Shown here: piece after piece, positions 45,950 to 58,150 of the stretch
How the letters are laid out: each line of letters opens with the position of its first letter
Position numbering within the stretch: position 1 is the first letter of the stretch
Source of the DNA: Felis catus
Taxonomy: Eukaryota
Reading direction: 5' to 3'
NCBI RefSeq assembly: GCF_018350175.1
Contig: NC_058368.1
Coordinates: forward strand, 81,160,001 to 81,224,000
DNA: 64,000 nt
Made by a program: the position numbers and the translations under genes
Notes under the pieces: generated by a model
Told to the model about the DNA's origin: nothing
The model's input: the letters and a program-made list of their open reading frames with translations, nothing else
Databases searched by the model: none

Positions 45950-48900
45950 ATAATAAAACCTGTTAAAACACGGCCACCAATCAAATTCAGCCTTTTCCAG
46001 ACGGAGAAAAAGCTGGTCTCGAGGTAGATGCCTGAGAAATCCCATGTACCTGCCGGCTCGGTCCATGTTCCACATGTCCCACTGCACGTGGGACAGCCAC
46101 ATGCACGCGAGTGACCACTGTCCACTCCTGATGGGAGAAAGTCCTCGGTAACCCTGGCTCTGCAGCGGTGGGCGCAGCTCCCCGGTGAGGGTGAGCCATG
46201 GATGGCCACTCACATGTGTACTGGCCTTCTCGCTGGGTTCCTTGCATGTCTGACCCTATGAGCTCCCTACTTTGCATTAACTTTTTATCTGGTGCCCACA
46301 TGCTGTTCCACTGTTGTCCGATTCAGAGGCAGAGATTTCTAAACCAAGCTAGTTGCTCAGCCCCTGGGTCTGGGGATGAGAGCTCTGGGCCTCCCCAGTT
46401 GGGACCCAATGCACACATGTTCCTGTAGCCACTTACAGGGTCCCTGTGGCATCACAGGCCCGGCCACCGGGAGCCCTGGTGTAACCGAGGCTGCAAATCC
46501 CAGAATCACAATCGGGCAGGGTCCTATCAGTGAAGTGTCCAACCTTGGCTGGTCCCAGCAATGTTCAGAAGTGGCGGGACTGGGGACACCACACCCGACC
46601 AGGGAAAAAACCATTAAGGCCTCCATGACCACATATGAAGGGGGCCCTTGGCTTGAGTGTCCCTTGTCCCTGCTGTGCTCGCAGCTCTGACTTCTTGGGC
46701 ACTCGCCCTCCCCTCCTTGGTCTGCAGACATGCGGCCAGCATCTTGCCTCCTGTCTCACTCATCCTGTGCTCTTGGTGAACAGTAGAGCAATGAGCTCCT
46801 GGTTTGGCTTGGCTTGGTTTGCAGACCTCATGCTCCTGGGCTCTTGGGTTGTGGGAGGCTGCTGTCCCCCGTGTGTGTGTTGAGGCAGGACCCCTCCCTC
46901 GGTGCCATCCTGCTCATGCCCCTGTCGCCTGCTTGGAGGGGTCTGACCGGCCCCGGTGGCCCCTCGCCAATGGTTGGGCAGTGGCTATTCTGTGGCTGTT
47001 AGCACATTATCTCCCTATTATCCCAATGTGCCGGTTCATCGGTGGCCCCCTCTTTAATGGCCAAGGGTTTATGGGGACAGGGCCACTCTTCTCCTCCTGT
47101 GACTGTGCTCCAAGAACAGCTATTGTCTGGAGGGTCTCCGGAGGCTCTTCTTTGTACTGACCCGTCTTCTTCAACGTAAAATAATAAAGGACGGACGCTT
47201 AGCTGTACGTCATCATCAATAGGAAAAATGTCAACATACAGATCCAGGTCTGGCCCACCCACCAGAGTGAAACCCAGTTAACACCCTGTGTAGGACGGTA
47301 GGGTAAAGCGTGGCTCCGCCGGGTGGTGGTCATGAGTGTCGGTGGCCACATTTAGCGGGGGTAGAGTGTGAGAGCCAGACCAGTGACTTCACGGTCAAGG
47401 CTGACTGAGAAAGAGCTTCCAGCATGGAGACGATGTGGAGCCAGCCCAGCCAAGTGGGCACGACCCGCTCATTCCTTAAAATCCACGGTCAGTGTCCAGG
47501 ATCCCAGAACGTCATCCACAAACCAAAGAGCGAGTGCAAGTGTGGTGGGTGGAGCGTCTCTCCCGTGTCTCCACCATCTGATGGCCATCACCATCTGACG
47601 CTCTTCCTGTGGGATCCGAACTCTTAGGTGTAATTCAGCCTCCTGCTCCCTGGGCTCCACCCACCAGGCTGGGCTGATCCTGCCTCAGAGCCACAGCGAA
47701 TCAACCCCCTCCCATCGCCCACAGGACCATCACAGGACTGACACGGGACATTTGCTTGATTCTGTGTCACACCAATGTGGCTACAACAGCCCGGTCATCT
47801 CGGGCCTTCCTCCTCAGGATCCCCAGTGGTCCAGGCCTACGTTTCTAAGATTTGATGTTGCCTCTGACCCTATATCTAAAAATCCTCCAAATTCATGCAG
47901 GGCTGATACCACCGGTGCATCTGGAGGAAAGTGGCTCAGTGTTGCTCTACTGCTCCTGTAGGACCAGGCTCCTTGAATTTGGAAATGCCAAGATGAATCA
48001 AAGGAAGGGCTTCAGAAGCACCTGATTCAGATGTGTGACCTCACTCCCACCCTGCAGAATGCACCCAGAACCCTGCATCCTGGGACCATCAGTGTCCTGA
48101 AGAACAGAGGAGACAGTCCCATATCCAGTGACTGGTCTCATCCAGCGGGAATCAGAGCTCTTAGAGAGATACCGTGGGCGCCAATCCCGCCCGCCTTCTC
48201 CTCATGGCTGGGGAATTGCCTTGGATGTTGGCACAGGCGGGCATAGAACTCTCACTCCCTTCTGTCTTGAAGGTGACTTCCCTGTGTGCAGGTGAGATGG
48301 GCCTCAAGCCCCTGGACTCTGAGGAGTGTCAGATTCTATAAGGATACTTTCCTCAAAACTGTCCTTGGTGCAAGAGAGTAAGTGACACATGAGACCACCT
48401 ACCTGAAATCAGCCACCCTCACACACCTGTGGGGTGGGCTCCTGCAGAAACTTCTTGGACCACAACCCAGCGGATGGCCTTGCTTCTGTGTACAACAGGG
48501 TCCAAGTGGAGCGTCCCCTGGGTCACCTGTGGCCGGGAGAGCAGGCTGGCAGGTGAATCACCATCCCTGGAAATCTGTACCTCTCTAGAGTGGGCTCTGT
48601 CATTCAGGTCCTTACTTCTGTCCCCATTGTGTCCTGCCCAAATTCTGCACAACAGTGTCCCAACAGGCCCCTAACATGGCTACAAATTACCCTCTGCTCA
48701 GATAGCAGAGTCCACTTGCCAAAGGCCGGTGTGACCAGGTCAGCCTCGGGCTCGAAGCTCTTCTGTGGCTTCCCACCGCCAAAGACAACCACCAGCGCAA
48801 CCTGGAGAGCCCATCAGGATGATGACTCCCCCGGAGGCTTCTCCGACACGTAGCCTCAAATCCCATTCCAAACCCCGTCCTTCCTTACCTCTGTGCTTCT

Positions 48901-49080
48901 GCAAATCAGTCTCCCAACTCCTCTGCTAGTCTGCCTCCTTCCGCCAGCCTACTTTTCCTTTGATGGGCTTGGCAGGCACTTTGTGGCTCACATCCTTCCT
49001 GGATGTAAACGCCCGCGTATCGGTGCTGGCAGAGGCCACCTCCTCTCAGTTCTTACCCCTACGGTGACAGGTGGGTTACA
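45950..49080 (-). mobile_element. Decayed class III (ERV-L-like) endogenous retrovirus internal region: pro-RT-RNaseH-IN remnants, with probable gag remnants at about 47.8-49.1 kb
   Basis: Minus-strand translations match ERVL pol motifs in order: RIP...PTT..LW.V....GSW.LTVDF (47469-47620), TVL-QG.N (~47278-47299), DLD...IDD (~47209-47250), GEG...SELRA (~46675-46715), and integrase-like SG..AHP..A..T..GL (~46150-46215). Frameshifts and stops throughout. Confidence 0.75.
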
Positions 49081-49119
49081 TCAACTCCTGTGACCCCGGG
49101 GCTTTCCTGGAGGCTAAAG

Positions 49120-49418
49120 GAACAAGGAGCCAGCATGCAGGGCAGCTGTAACTGGTAACGGATGGGGGTTTGGGGGGTAAGTACTCCAGCCCCCTTTCCC
49201 CTCCATGGGGTGAGGCTGGGGTGTGTTCCACGCTGGCCGCCAGAGCATCCCCGTGAACTTCAGCCCCACTTGTGACTTGCTTGGCGGTGTGCCGCTTCCT
49301 GCTTCCTGCTCACATACTCCCCTGCTCTCCCTGTCCTGGGTCCTGCCCACAACCACTCCCCAGGGAGAGCCCCGGCACCCAAGTCCTTGCCCAGGGTGTC
49401 CTTCCTGAGGCATGCCAG
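49120..49418 (+). mobile_element. LTR16-like ERVL LTR fragment
   Basis: 'taagtactccagcc...gtgtgttccacgctgg...cagagcatcccc...agcccc...aagtccttgcccagggtgtccttcc' resembles the recalled 3' half of LTR16. Confidence 0.55.
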
Positions 49419-49549
49419 CTCTCAGCAGGTGCCGTGCCTGTCCCCGGCCCCTGGCTTCGCAGCTGAGAATTGGTGAGCTCAGCGGGTACGAGTTAAAGTA
49501 GTGATTAGCAGTAAAATGAAATTAACTTCACATGAGTCCGTTTTGTCGC

Positions 49550-50317
49550 TGTGAAAGAGCAGACCTAGGCCGGCCGACTCCATCTTGTTCTGTGTCCTCC
49601 ATCTTGAGTGACTATGTCCCCAACATGGCCGCAGAAAGAAGTTCCCGCTCAAACCTCAGACCACGCCTCCTCCCCTTGAGTAACTTCCCGCTCACCCGTT
49701 CAACATGAGTTGGGGCCTAGGCATAGATCTGTGGTCAGGGAGCCATCCTGAGGATGCAGAACGGGTGGAGGAAAGCCTTGAGTTTCCTTGTTTCGCCTGG
49801 GGGTGGGCTGGGATGAGTCACCGGGGAAAGAAGAGCTCAGATGAAGGTGGAAAGATGGCAAGAGAACCCTACAATCCAGCACTTACTCTCTCTGCACCCC
49901 TGAGAAAGAGGCTGGGTGACCTGAGGGCCAGACTCTTCTGATTTGGGGGAGCAGGCCCAAGACCACTGACGCTCTGAGAGCAGGAGCTCAAGGACAGGAG
50001 GGGGATGGGCTTTCCTCTTTGTAATCACTCTACTTTAAACCTTTCAAACCATGCCCATCAACCTGCGTGACGGGACTCTGATCCTTCCCCAGCCAATCGG
50101 CTGAGGCCACGGACCCTTCCCCAGCCAATCGGCTAAGGCCATGATCCCTATAAAACCTCTGTGCTCTTGAAACCCGCTCTCTCTCTCTCCGGTATCTCAC
50201 CGCCTCTCGGTGCAGGTAGGGGATTGAGCTGGAGCTAGCTGGAATAAAGGCTCTTTGCTTTTGCATCGGACTTGACTCCCTGATGGTCGTTGGGGATCAT
50301 GAATTCTGGGCATAACA
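49550..50317 (+). mobile_element. Young solo ERV1/gammaretroviral-type LTR
   Basis: TG...CA ends (tgtgaaagagc...cataaca), duplicated CCAAT units (50093, 50125), TATAAAA at 50149-50155 and AATAAA at 50243-50248. CpGs retained. No PBS downstream and no PPT upstream. Confidence 0.85.
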
Positions 50318-51940
50318 AATGTCTCTGAAGAAGGATGTGGTATGTGGGGAAGACATAGGGAAGAAATGACCGAATTGAGATCCCTGACAACATGATGAGC
50401 TATGCCTCCCTGGAGAACGGAGACCCTCACCCAGCTCCACTCCATCCAGCGTCCATAGCCATGGATGGGAATTCTGCATCCCAGAGCCAGCCCATCAGCC
50501 AAGGGCAGAGGGATTTCTGTGTCCTCCTGGACACCCACCAGCACCTCGCCTCATCTCACTAGCAGCCTCTTCCCCATCCAGAAGCTTTGTGTGTCTCTGA
50601 GCCCATGAACTGTCAGATCACATCACCTGCAGAGCACGGGGCTGGAGGGGGTGGACAGGGTGCCCCGGGGAGGGGCGCTGTGAGGAAGAGGCTGGGGTGA
50701 GCGGCTTCGAGCCCTAGCCCTACCTCTGTTGGCCACTGTAGGGTGAAACCCAATGCTTCAGGTTTCCTCATTAACAGGGTTTACTCATCGCAGATGGCGT
50801 GGACTGGTCTGTGCCTCCCATTCCACTCCACATCCACACCCACCCCCACGCTCCGTGTCCCCTGTCCCCGTGGCCCCCCTGCATGGCCCCCACGTGGACC
50901 CAGCTGGCGTTCTGACTGCCCCCGTGAGGCCAGGTTGTTTGCTGTGGGTCTAACCCGCCCATCCCTGCGCAGGGACTGTGAGTGAACCATAGCCCCGTGG
51001 TGGGAACCCCGCCTGGGAAATTGAACCGTCATTTACAGGGACCTTCTTGCTGCCAACAAGAGTAATCTGAGAATAAAATGCTTCTTTTCTCAATAAAAGG
51101 TTTCAGGGCATTTTCCTTCGTGTAAGAAGCTGTGCAGCAGAGGCCTCTGTGATGATGATGTCCCCTGACGTCAGGGCACGTCCTGTGGCGGAACACAGAC
51201 TCTTACATGTAGTCACCACACGGCTGCTCCAGGGGACCTGCGAGGCGACCTGGCAGGTGTCTGCCCCAGCCCCACAGAGGGCCACCTTGTTGGGCTTTCA
51301 GTGTGAACCTGTTAGTTTAATTTGGGCCAAATGCGAGCATCTGCTGAGAATTGACCGGTTCTGCAGTTGCCAGTGAGGAATGCTGGAACGTGGAATCTGT
51401 AAGATTGGAAAATTAGGGTGAATGCATTTAGGAAAAGCTAGAGAACAGGTCACAGGTACTTGCTCCTTCTGATTGAGGAATGGATTTGCCCGGTGCGCTC
51501 CTTTACGACACACTGGGGTCTGCTTGTGACTGCAGCCCCCCAACCCACCCTGAGTGTTGGGCGAGCTCTGATGGGTCAGGGGCGCCCCTCCAGGAATGAG
51601 GTGCAGAGAGGTCCCCGCACGTGCCCTGCCACGGCACAGGCATCCATGTGGGGAGCACCTGCCGCGTGGGCTGCTGACCCCCAGGTCGGGAAAGACCTGC
51701 CCCACACTCTGCCCTCTGGCTCCTTGTCTGCCGCTCCCTCTCTCCCCTCCCCTCTTCAAACGAACTGCTTTCTTTTCTTCTCAAAGTGTTTTCTTCCAAA
51801 TATTTTACAAATCCGACTTTCTGCACCGGCCACGCGTGAGCATGTGTCCTGTCTCACCTCCTGGCCTTCACCCCATCTTCTCATTTGCACTCTTACTTCT
51901 TAACTCTGCAGCTAACTGGCTGCTACCCTTTCTCGTTCAC

Positions 51941-52164
51941 TTTTTTTTTTAATTTTTTTTTCAACGTTTATTTATTTTTGGGACAGAGAGAGACAGAGCA
52001 TGAACGGGGGAGGAGCAGAGAGAGAGGGAGACACAGAATCGGAAACAGGCTCCAGGCTCTGAGCCATCAGCCCAGAGCCTGACGCAGGGCTCAAACTCCC
52101 GGACCGCGAGATCGTGACCTGGCTGAAGTCGGACGCTTAACCGACTGCGCCACCCAGGCGCCCC
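51941..52164 (-). mobile_element. Young feliform Can-SINE (SINEC_Fc type)
   Basis: Near-consensus antisense copy ending ccgactgcgccacccaggcgcccc. TSD tctcgttcactttt / tctcattcattttt. Confidence 0.96.
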
Positions 52165-52199
52165 TCTCATTCATTTTTAAAATTCAGTTTATTTGAACC

Positions 52200-52995
52200 A
52201 AACAATGAGGGCAAAAACAGCTCACCCGTTGCTCCCACCCCCACCCCAGCCCCTGGCAGCCACCAGTCCACTCTGCATCTGTGAGCTTGGTTGTTAGGGT
52301 TGTTGTTTTGTTTTTTGTTTTTTTTTTTTTAAGATTCCACATAAAATTGACATCATACGGTATTTGTCTTTCTCTGACTTACCTCGCTTCAAATAATGCC
52401 TTCAAGGTCCATCCATGTTGTAACAACGGGCAGGATTTCCTTCTTTTATGGCTAAATAATATTCCATCGTAAATACGCAATCACGTCTTCTTCATCCACT
52501 CATCCATGGACACTGAGGTTGCTTCTGCGTCTTGGCTGTTGAATGATGATGCAGTAAACATAGCGGTGCAGATACCTCTTTGAGACGTGGATTTTGTTTC
52601 CTGCAGGTAAATGCCCAAAATTGGGATTACTGGATTGTAGGGTAGTTCCATTTTTAACTTTTGGAAGAAGCTCCACATTGATCTCCAGAGTGGCTGCGCC
52701 AGTTTGCGTTCTCGCCAACAGTACATTACGGTTCCTTTTTCTCCGAGTCCTTGCCAACACTCATGGTTTCTTGTGTTGATTTTAGCCATTCTGACAGGTG
52801 TGAGGTGGTATCTCATTGGGGTTTGATTTGTATTTTCCCGGTGATCCGTGATGTAGAGCATCTTTTCTTGTGTCAGTTGGTCATCTGGATGTCTTCTCTG
52901 GAGAAATGTCTGTTCGTGTCCTCTGTCCATTTTTTAATCGTATTGTTTGGGGTTTTGATACTGAGTTGTGTGAGTTCTTAGTATGTTTTGAATTT
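52200..52995 (-). mobile_element. L1 ORF2 C-terminal/3'UTR fragment
   Basis: ORF 52481-52930(-) reads [13 protein letters not shown]...CW..CW...KL.QPLW...ELPYNPVIPILGIY, the L1 ORF2 C-terminus. Confidence 0.92.
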
Positions 52996-54354
52996 AAGTT
53001 TACCTGTTCTACCTCCTGACATCAGTGAGGTATTTATACCTAATTTTATCTCTGCTTTCTTCCTTCTTATCTTTCTTTGACACCACTCTGTTTCCTAAAT
53101 GTCGTGCCCTTATAAACTTTGACTCTTTTTATTATTAAAAAAAAAAAAAACGTATGTTAACTTCTCTGGCTCTAACTGCTTCTATTTCCCCTTCTTTTCT
53201 ACTTGGCTTACTGTGGCCAGCGAGGAGCCCAGCAGCCCGCCCCTTGGGTGGCCAGGGCAAGGACGGTGGCCACGGACAAGGGGGTTTTCAGGCCATTTGC
53301 CTGGGGTCCTTGAAAGCAGATTCCTCAGTCCATTTTCAAGAGCCCCTTTCCAGGACTCCCTCTGGGGAACTGGAGCCAGATGATGTGCCCCTTCCTGCTG
53401 CCCTTCTGCATGGCCAGGCCTGGTGCAATCATCATCACAGACCCACAGGTGGCTCAGGACGGCTCCTGGTCCTTTCCAGCAGGGTCCTGAGAGGCCCTTT
53501 AGACTCACACGTCAGCTACTCCTCATGCTCCGCGGCTGCCACGCCTTGGATGGCAGGGACAGTAAGAAGGAACTGCTGTGTCCTGCTTCACCCAGACAGA
53601 CAGACAGATACAGAGATACACTGAGCCGATTGTCTGGGATTCAGGTGGGCCCTCCATACCTCTCTCAGGAACACCTTCTCGCTGGCCTGCAGTACCCCAG
53701 CCTCTGCCATCTGAGCGTCACCACGTATGGGGTGTAAGGAGACTTCTGCCCTGCACTGGGGTGCTCTGAGGGTTCAATAAGATGATGCGTGCGGAACGCT
53801 GAGCTCGGACCTCCGTGCGTGAGGAGGGGTGGATGAGTGCCATGGTTGCGTGAGCAGCGTTGCGTCACTATTCCCAACGTGGCCTGGCCAGGGCCGGTCC
53901 CGGTGTCAGGGCCCCGTCGTGTGGGGAAATCTCTGGGTTGTTAGGGGATTGGCCGAGGGGCAGGCATGAGTGCCACCGAAGACCTTTCTAGCTCCACTGA
54001 TGATGACCTCTTGCCCTGGGTCCTGGGTTTCTGGGTTTCTGAACCCCACCCCCACGGACTTGCCGAAGAACCGGGTCACTTCCTGTCTGCTGCCGGCAGG
54101 CTGCTTATAGTCCTTATTTCCCTGGCAGACACGGACACCCGAGGCTGGGTCTGCCGGCCACAAAGCCTCGTCCCCTGCTCTGACCCAGGGCTACGTCCAC
54201 GCTCTGCCGTGGAGCACGTGTGCATCCGGAACAGAACTCTTCACACACAGCGTCTCTGGCCGGTAGCACTTCCCCACCGTCTCCCAGGCCTGCCCGAGCC
54301 GCGCCTTTGTTCGAGCTGACCCAGAGAGCCCGTCGTGTCAGAAAACTGCTTTCA

Positions 54355-54678
54355 GGGGGTGCTTGGCTGGCTCAGTCGGTGGAGCGTGTGACTCTTGATC
54401 TAGGATTGTGAGTTCAAGCCCCACGTTGGGAGTAGAGATGACTCAAAAAAATAAAATATTTTAGGGGCACCTGGGTGGCTCAGTCGGTTAAGCGTCCGAC
54501 TTCATCTCAGGTCATGATCTCACGGTCTGTGAGTTCAAGCCCCACGTCGGGCTCTGTGCTGCCAGCTCGGAGCCTGGAGCCTGCTTCGGATTCTGTGTCT
54601 CCCTCTCTCTCTGCCCCTCCCCTGCTCACACTCTGTCTCTCTCTCTCTCTCTCAAAAATAAATAAATATTAAAAAAAG
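54355..54678 (+). mobile_element. Short Can-SINE variant (54355-~54460) followed by full Can-SINE (54464-54678)
   Basis: Two SINE heads. The first lacks the CT tract ('gtagagatgactcaaaaaaataaaa') and the second is full length. Confidence 0.92.
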
Positions 54679-56419
54679 AATGCTGTTTATGTCCTATTTA
54701 TTAATAAGGTAAAAACTCTGGAGTTACAGTTTCCTGGCCCTTCTCTGTCACACAAGAGACGTGTGACCACAAAGATCCAGAGCAGTGTAAAGCAGGCCAT
54801 GTTCACCAACGCTCCTCCCTTCCCATCCAGAGGGCGTCTGTCCCATTATCTGGCAGGTGTGAGCCACTGTGCAGAACCTGCGGGGGCCCAGAGATGCGTC
54901 AGTTGAGACCAGTGGCCCTGGGCATATCACTGCCACACACTTTCGGCTCCATCAGCAAAGGTCTGAGGCCTGCAGGAACTGGGAGCCGGTCCACACACCC
55001 AGGGATGATGCCAGCAGCCTCATGAAGGCTCCGTTCATGGCCACCATGGTAAAAGTGACACCTGGACAGCTGGCCAGCCCCAAGGCTGGACATCCCTGCC
55101 CGGCCCCTCCACACGGAGCCTGGGCTTGAGGCTGGGCCGACATGCCTCTGAGCACCTGAGATTCAGGGCTCGTCCAGCGACAGGGTTCCCACGAAGCCAC
55201 CGGTGTTAGGTGTCCTGTTCCCAGGGCCCCGAGCCTCTGGAGGTCCCGCTCGGGCAGGGCGATCATTCAGATGAGCTGAAATCCATCATATAATGAGCCC
55301 CATATGATACTCATCTTTGAGGAGACATGAATAAATCATTGTGCCCGGCAGGGGCCTTGTGCCCGCGGGGACAGGAGGAGGTGTACCCGCACTTTGATGA
55401 GCAGGGCGGTGGGACGGCAGCCACTTCGGGATGAATGCCCTTTCTGTGCCGGCCCACCTAAGCCCCTGGCACCTGTGGAAACCAAAGCTGGACGGAGGGC
55501 ACAGCCCTGCAGCCAAAGAAAGACAGCGGGAACAAAGCCGTCTGCTACCAGAGCTCCACCCCGGGCTGGCGGGCGGGCCGGTGGCTCGAAATGCCCGGAG
55601 CGCGAGCCGCCCCTCCTGCCTGGGGCCCCCAGGGGCCTCCGTGAGGCAGGCGTGGGTCTGTCCATGCCGCCGTTCCTCAGGCGGGCTCTCCCTCTAACAG
55701 ACGTCGTCCCGCCTCCACGGAGAGACAGTGCGGCAGGGCACTGACGCGGGGCTTGGGGCTCAGCTGTGAGTCCGGGTCACCCGCTGCTCCGCCCGCGCCA
55801 GGATGTGGCTTTAGGAACAGACTTTGCTTCTCGGGTTCCTGGGGTCCCGGGCGTACAACCCATGGTGGGGATCGATACGATAAAGAATCCTGCGGGGTCT
55901 GGGGGTGCGGGTGCTGGGGCCTCCACCCTTGACCAGCCCAGATATCGCACAGAGACCAGGATTCCAAACACTGGTGTGTCAGGGCACCTGGGAGGTTCTG
56001 ACCCTGCGTAGCAAACTGTCTGTTAGTGTTGCTGTGAATCCAGCATGAAATCCAATCCGTCAGGGAGGCTCCCGGAGCCGGGAGCACATTCGGTAAACAC
56101 TAGAGGGCTCATGTGGGGTCACGCCACTTAGAACCCAAATGCATTTCGGCAAATGGCTCCTTTCTTGACTGGGGGGACACTTAATATGGCCACCTTTTTT
56201 TCCTGTGTTTACAAGTGTTAGTCCTGCGGATATAGGTGTCCCCATCACACGTGGGCCAGCTTCCCTGGGGCGCATAGAGGGCCCAGCCAAGTAGCAAGGG
56301 CCGTGGCTTCAGAACCAGGCCCTGGGCCACAAGGTTGCTGACACTCATGCCCTGTGGCATCCCAAACCCACGACAGAGAGCCAGGGACAATGACTTCTCC
56401 AGGGACAGGAAGGGCTCCT

Positions 56420-56821
56420 GGCCTCTGGCTCCCCATTTCTCGGGGCCCACCATGGCATCACCCCCTCAGAGCACTCCTGACCTGGGAAAGACACGGGTGT
56501 GGGGGCCGTGAGGGAATCGGTGCCACATCCCCCCCCCATTTCCTGGTGGTTCCCCACAGCCGTCAGTGCTCACTGGGCTATAGAAGCCTCCCCAACTGCC
56601 CATCTTCCCGGCTCTCCCCTTGTGTGTATGTCTGCTGCCTCGTGCTGGTCTCTTTACAAGGACACCTGTCATGCTGGATTGGGGCCACCCTGCTCCAGCG
56701 TGACCTCCTCTTAACCAAGCGAGCTACATCGGCAACGACCCCATTTCCACGTGGGGCCACATGCTGAGGCCCTGTGGGTGAGGGCTTCTGGGAGACTTTG
56801 TGGGGCACCACTCAACCCACA
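56420..56821 (-). mobile_element. MLT1-type MaLR LTR
   Basis: 'tctttacaaggacacctgtcatgctggattggggccaccctgctccagcgtgacctcctcttaacc...ccccatttccac...actcaacccaca'. Confidence 0.78.
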
Positions 56822-57639
56822 GCAGCTCAGAGCCTCGTTCCTGGTTCCTGACTGTCCAGACCAGGGGTCTCCAGGGTCTTGACGCTTTGTTCGCGTGCTA
56901 CTAATGCTTTTGAAAAACCAAGTACTCACTGTCCCGTTTTTAAGACAACATTTACGATTTTGTGGCCTGAGTTTACATGGCTGCCTGGATGTGTGTTCTA
57001 ACATAGTGTGGGTGGGAGCTGCAGCATTTATCCCATGGGCCCCAGAAGGCCCTGTGCACGTGCAGGGGGGTGTGCTGTCCGCCCCTCACCCGGATCAGCA
57101 GTTTCTGCGCCTTCCTGGCTGTGCTAACTACCCACCCTGCACTGACCCAGGCCTCTCTCGCTTTGGGGCTGTGCTCAGCCCCATCCTCTCCCGGGCTGCC
57201 TGGGTCCTGCCCTAGTCAGCCAGTGCTAGTCCCGGTCCCAATGTGGCCTGGCGAAGCCCCCTCCATGTTCCAGCCCATGTTCCATGTTCCCAAACGTGTT
57301 CAGCGTCTTTCTTTAAGTGAACGCTTGAGGAAGCTCCAGATACAGCAGACGAGGGCACAGGTGCTCTGTCTGGGAAAGGTGGGGTGCTGGAGCCTCGGGT
57401 CCCCCCCGGGGGCTCCCCACGAGGCACCTCAGGACAGCCCCGAGGCCCTTCTGCACATTCAGGAGCTGCCGGAAGCATCTTCTAGAAACCACCACACAAC
57501 GTCAGCATGTTCACACAGACACGTGTGGAAAAGCAGGTGCATTTTCTGTTGGGTCACTTCGCTCACAACTGTGGAGGCAGGCCGTCCACGGGCAGCCCGG
57601 CCTGGATCATTTGTGCCCAAGCAGTCACGTCGGATATTG

Positions 57640-58150
57640 TCATGTGGTCACATTCAGGAATCTGGTGGTGCTCGAGGCCCTCATTTGGAATAAAGGATTG
57701 TGTCAGCATTTCTGAATTCCTATTTTCAATGATTTGTAATGAAGCATCTTTTTAAAATGGTTTCAGCTGTTGGAGCTATATGCAGCCAAGAGAATAGATC
57801 CTGGGGCTTTTTTAGCACTCCACTAACTATGAAATTGTTTGATTTTTACAAAACATATTTAGCAAATTGTTAAAAGTATTGGCTAAACACAGCATTTCAT
57901 AAATGAAATGTTGAAACGATCAAGATGTTGAACTTTAAAATCATCTGCTTTCGCTGAACAGTGCCTTTTTTTACAAAGTTCAATTTTTAACATAATTTTA
58001 CACAACATTATAAGTGCATCGCTACATGTTGTAAATATCACGCCACTACACATTCTAATTACCTGATTACATTCATTTACATTAAATTTGTGATTGAATG
58101 TAATTTCATGCTTCGTGAGTGACAGTCCTTTCAAGACACTCTGATCACAC
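57640..58150. promoter_or_regulatory. Candidate conserved non-coding element / enhancer
   Basis: AT-rich unique island in GC-rich DNA, with TAATTA, TGATTGA (58091) and TGACAG (58120) motifs clustered. Confidence 0.45.

Noticed and set aside
46804..47000. Plus-strand 'AWFAD' and 'ANGWAVA' resembling ERVL RNase H motifs
   Set aside because: All other pol motifs, including RNase H SELRA, are collinear on the minus strand, so the plus-strand resemblance is coincidental.
52481..52930. 149-aa ORF with real protein similarity
   Set aside because: L1 ORF2 C-terminal remnant, not a host gene.
57070..57693. 207-aa plus-strand ORF
   Set aside because: No recognisable domain, non-ATG start and low-information composition.
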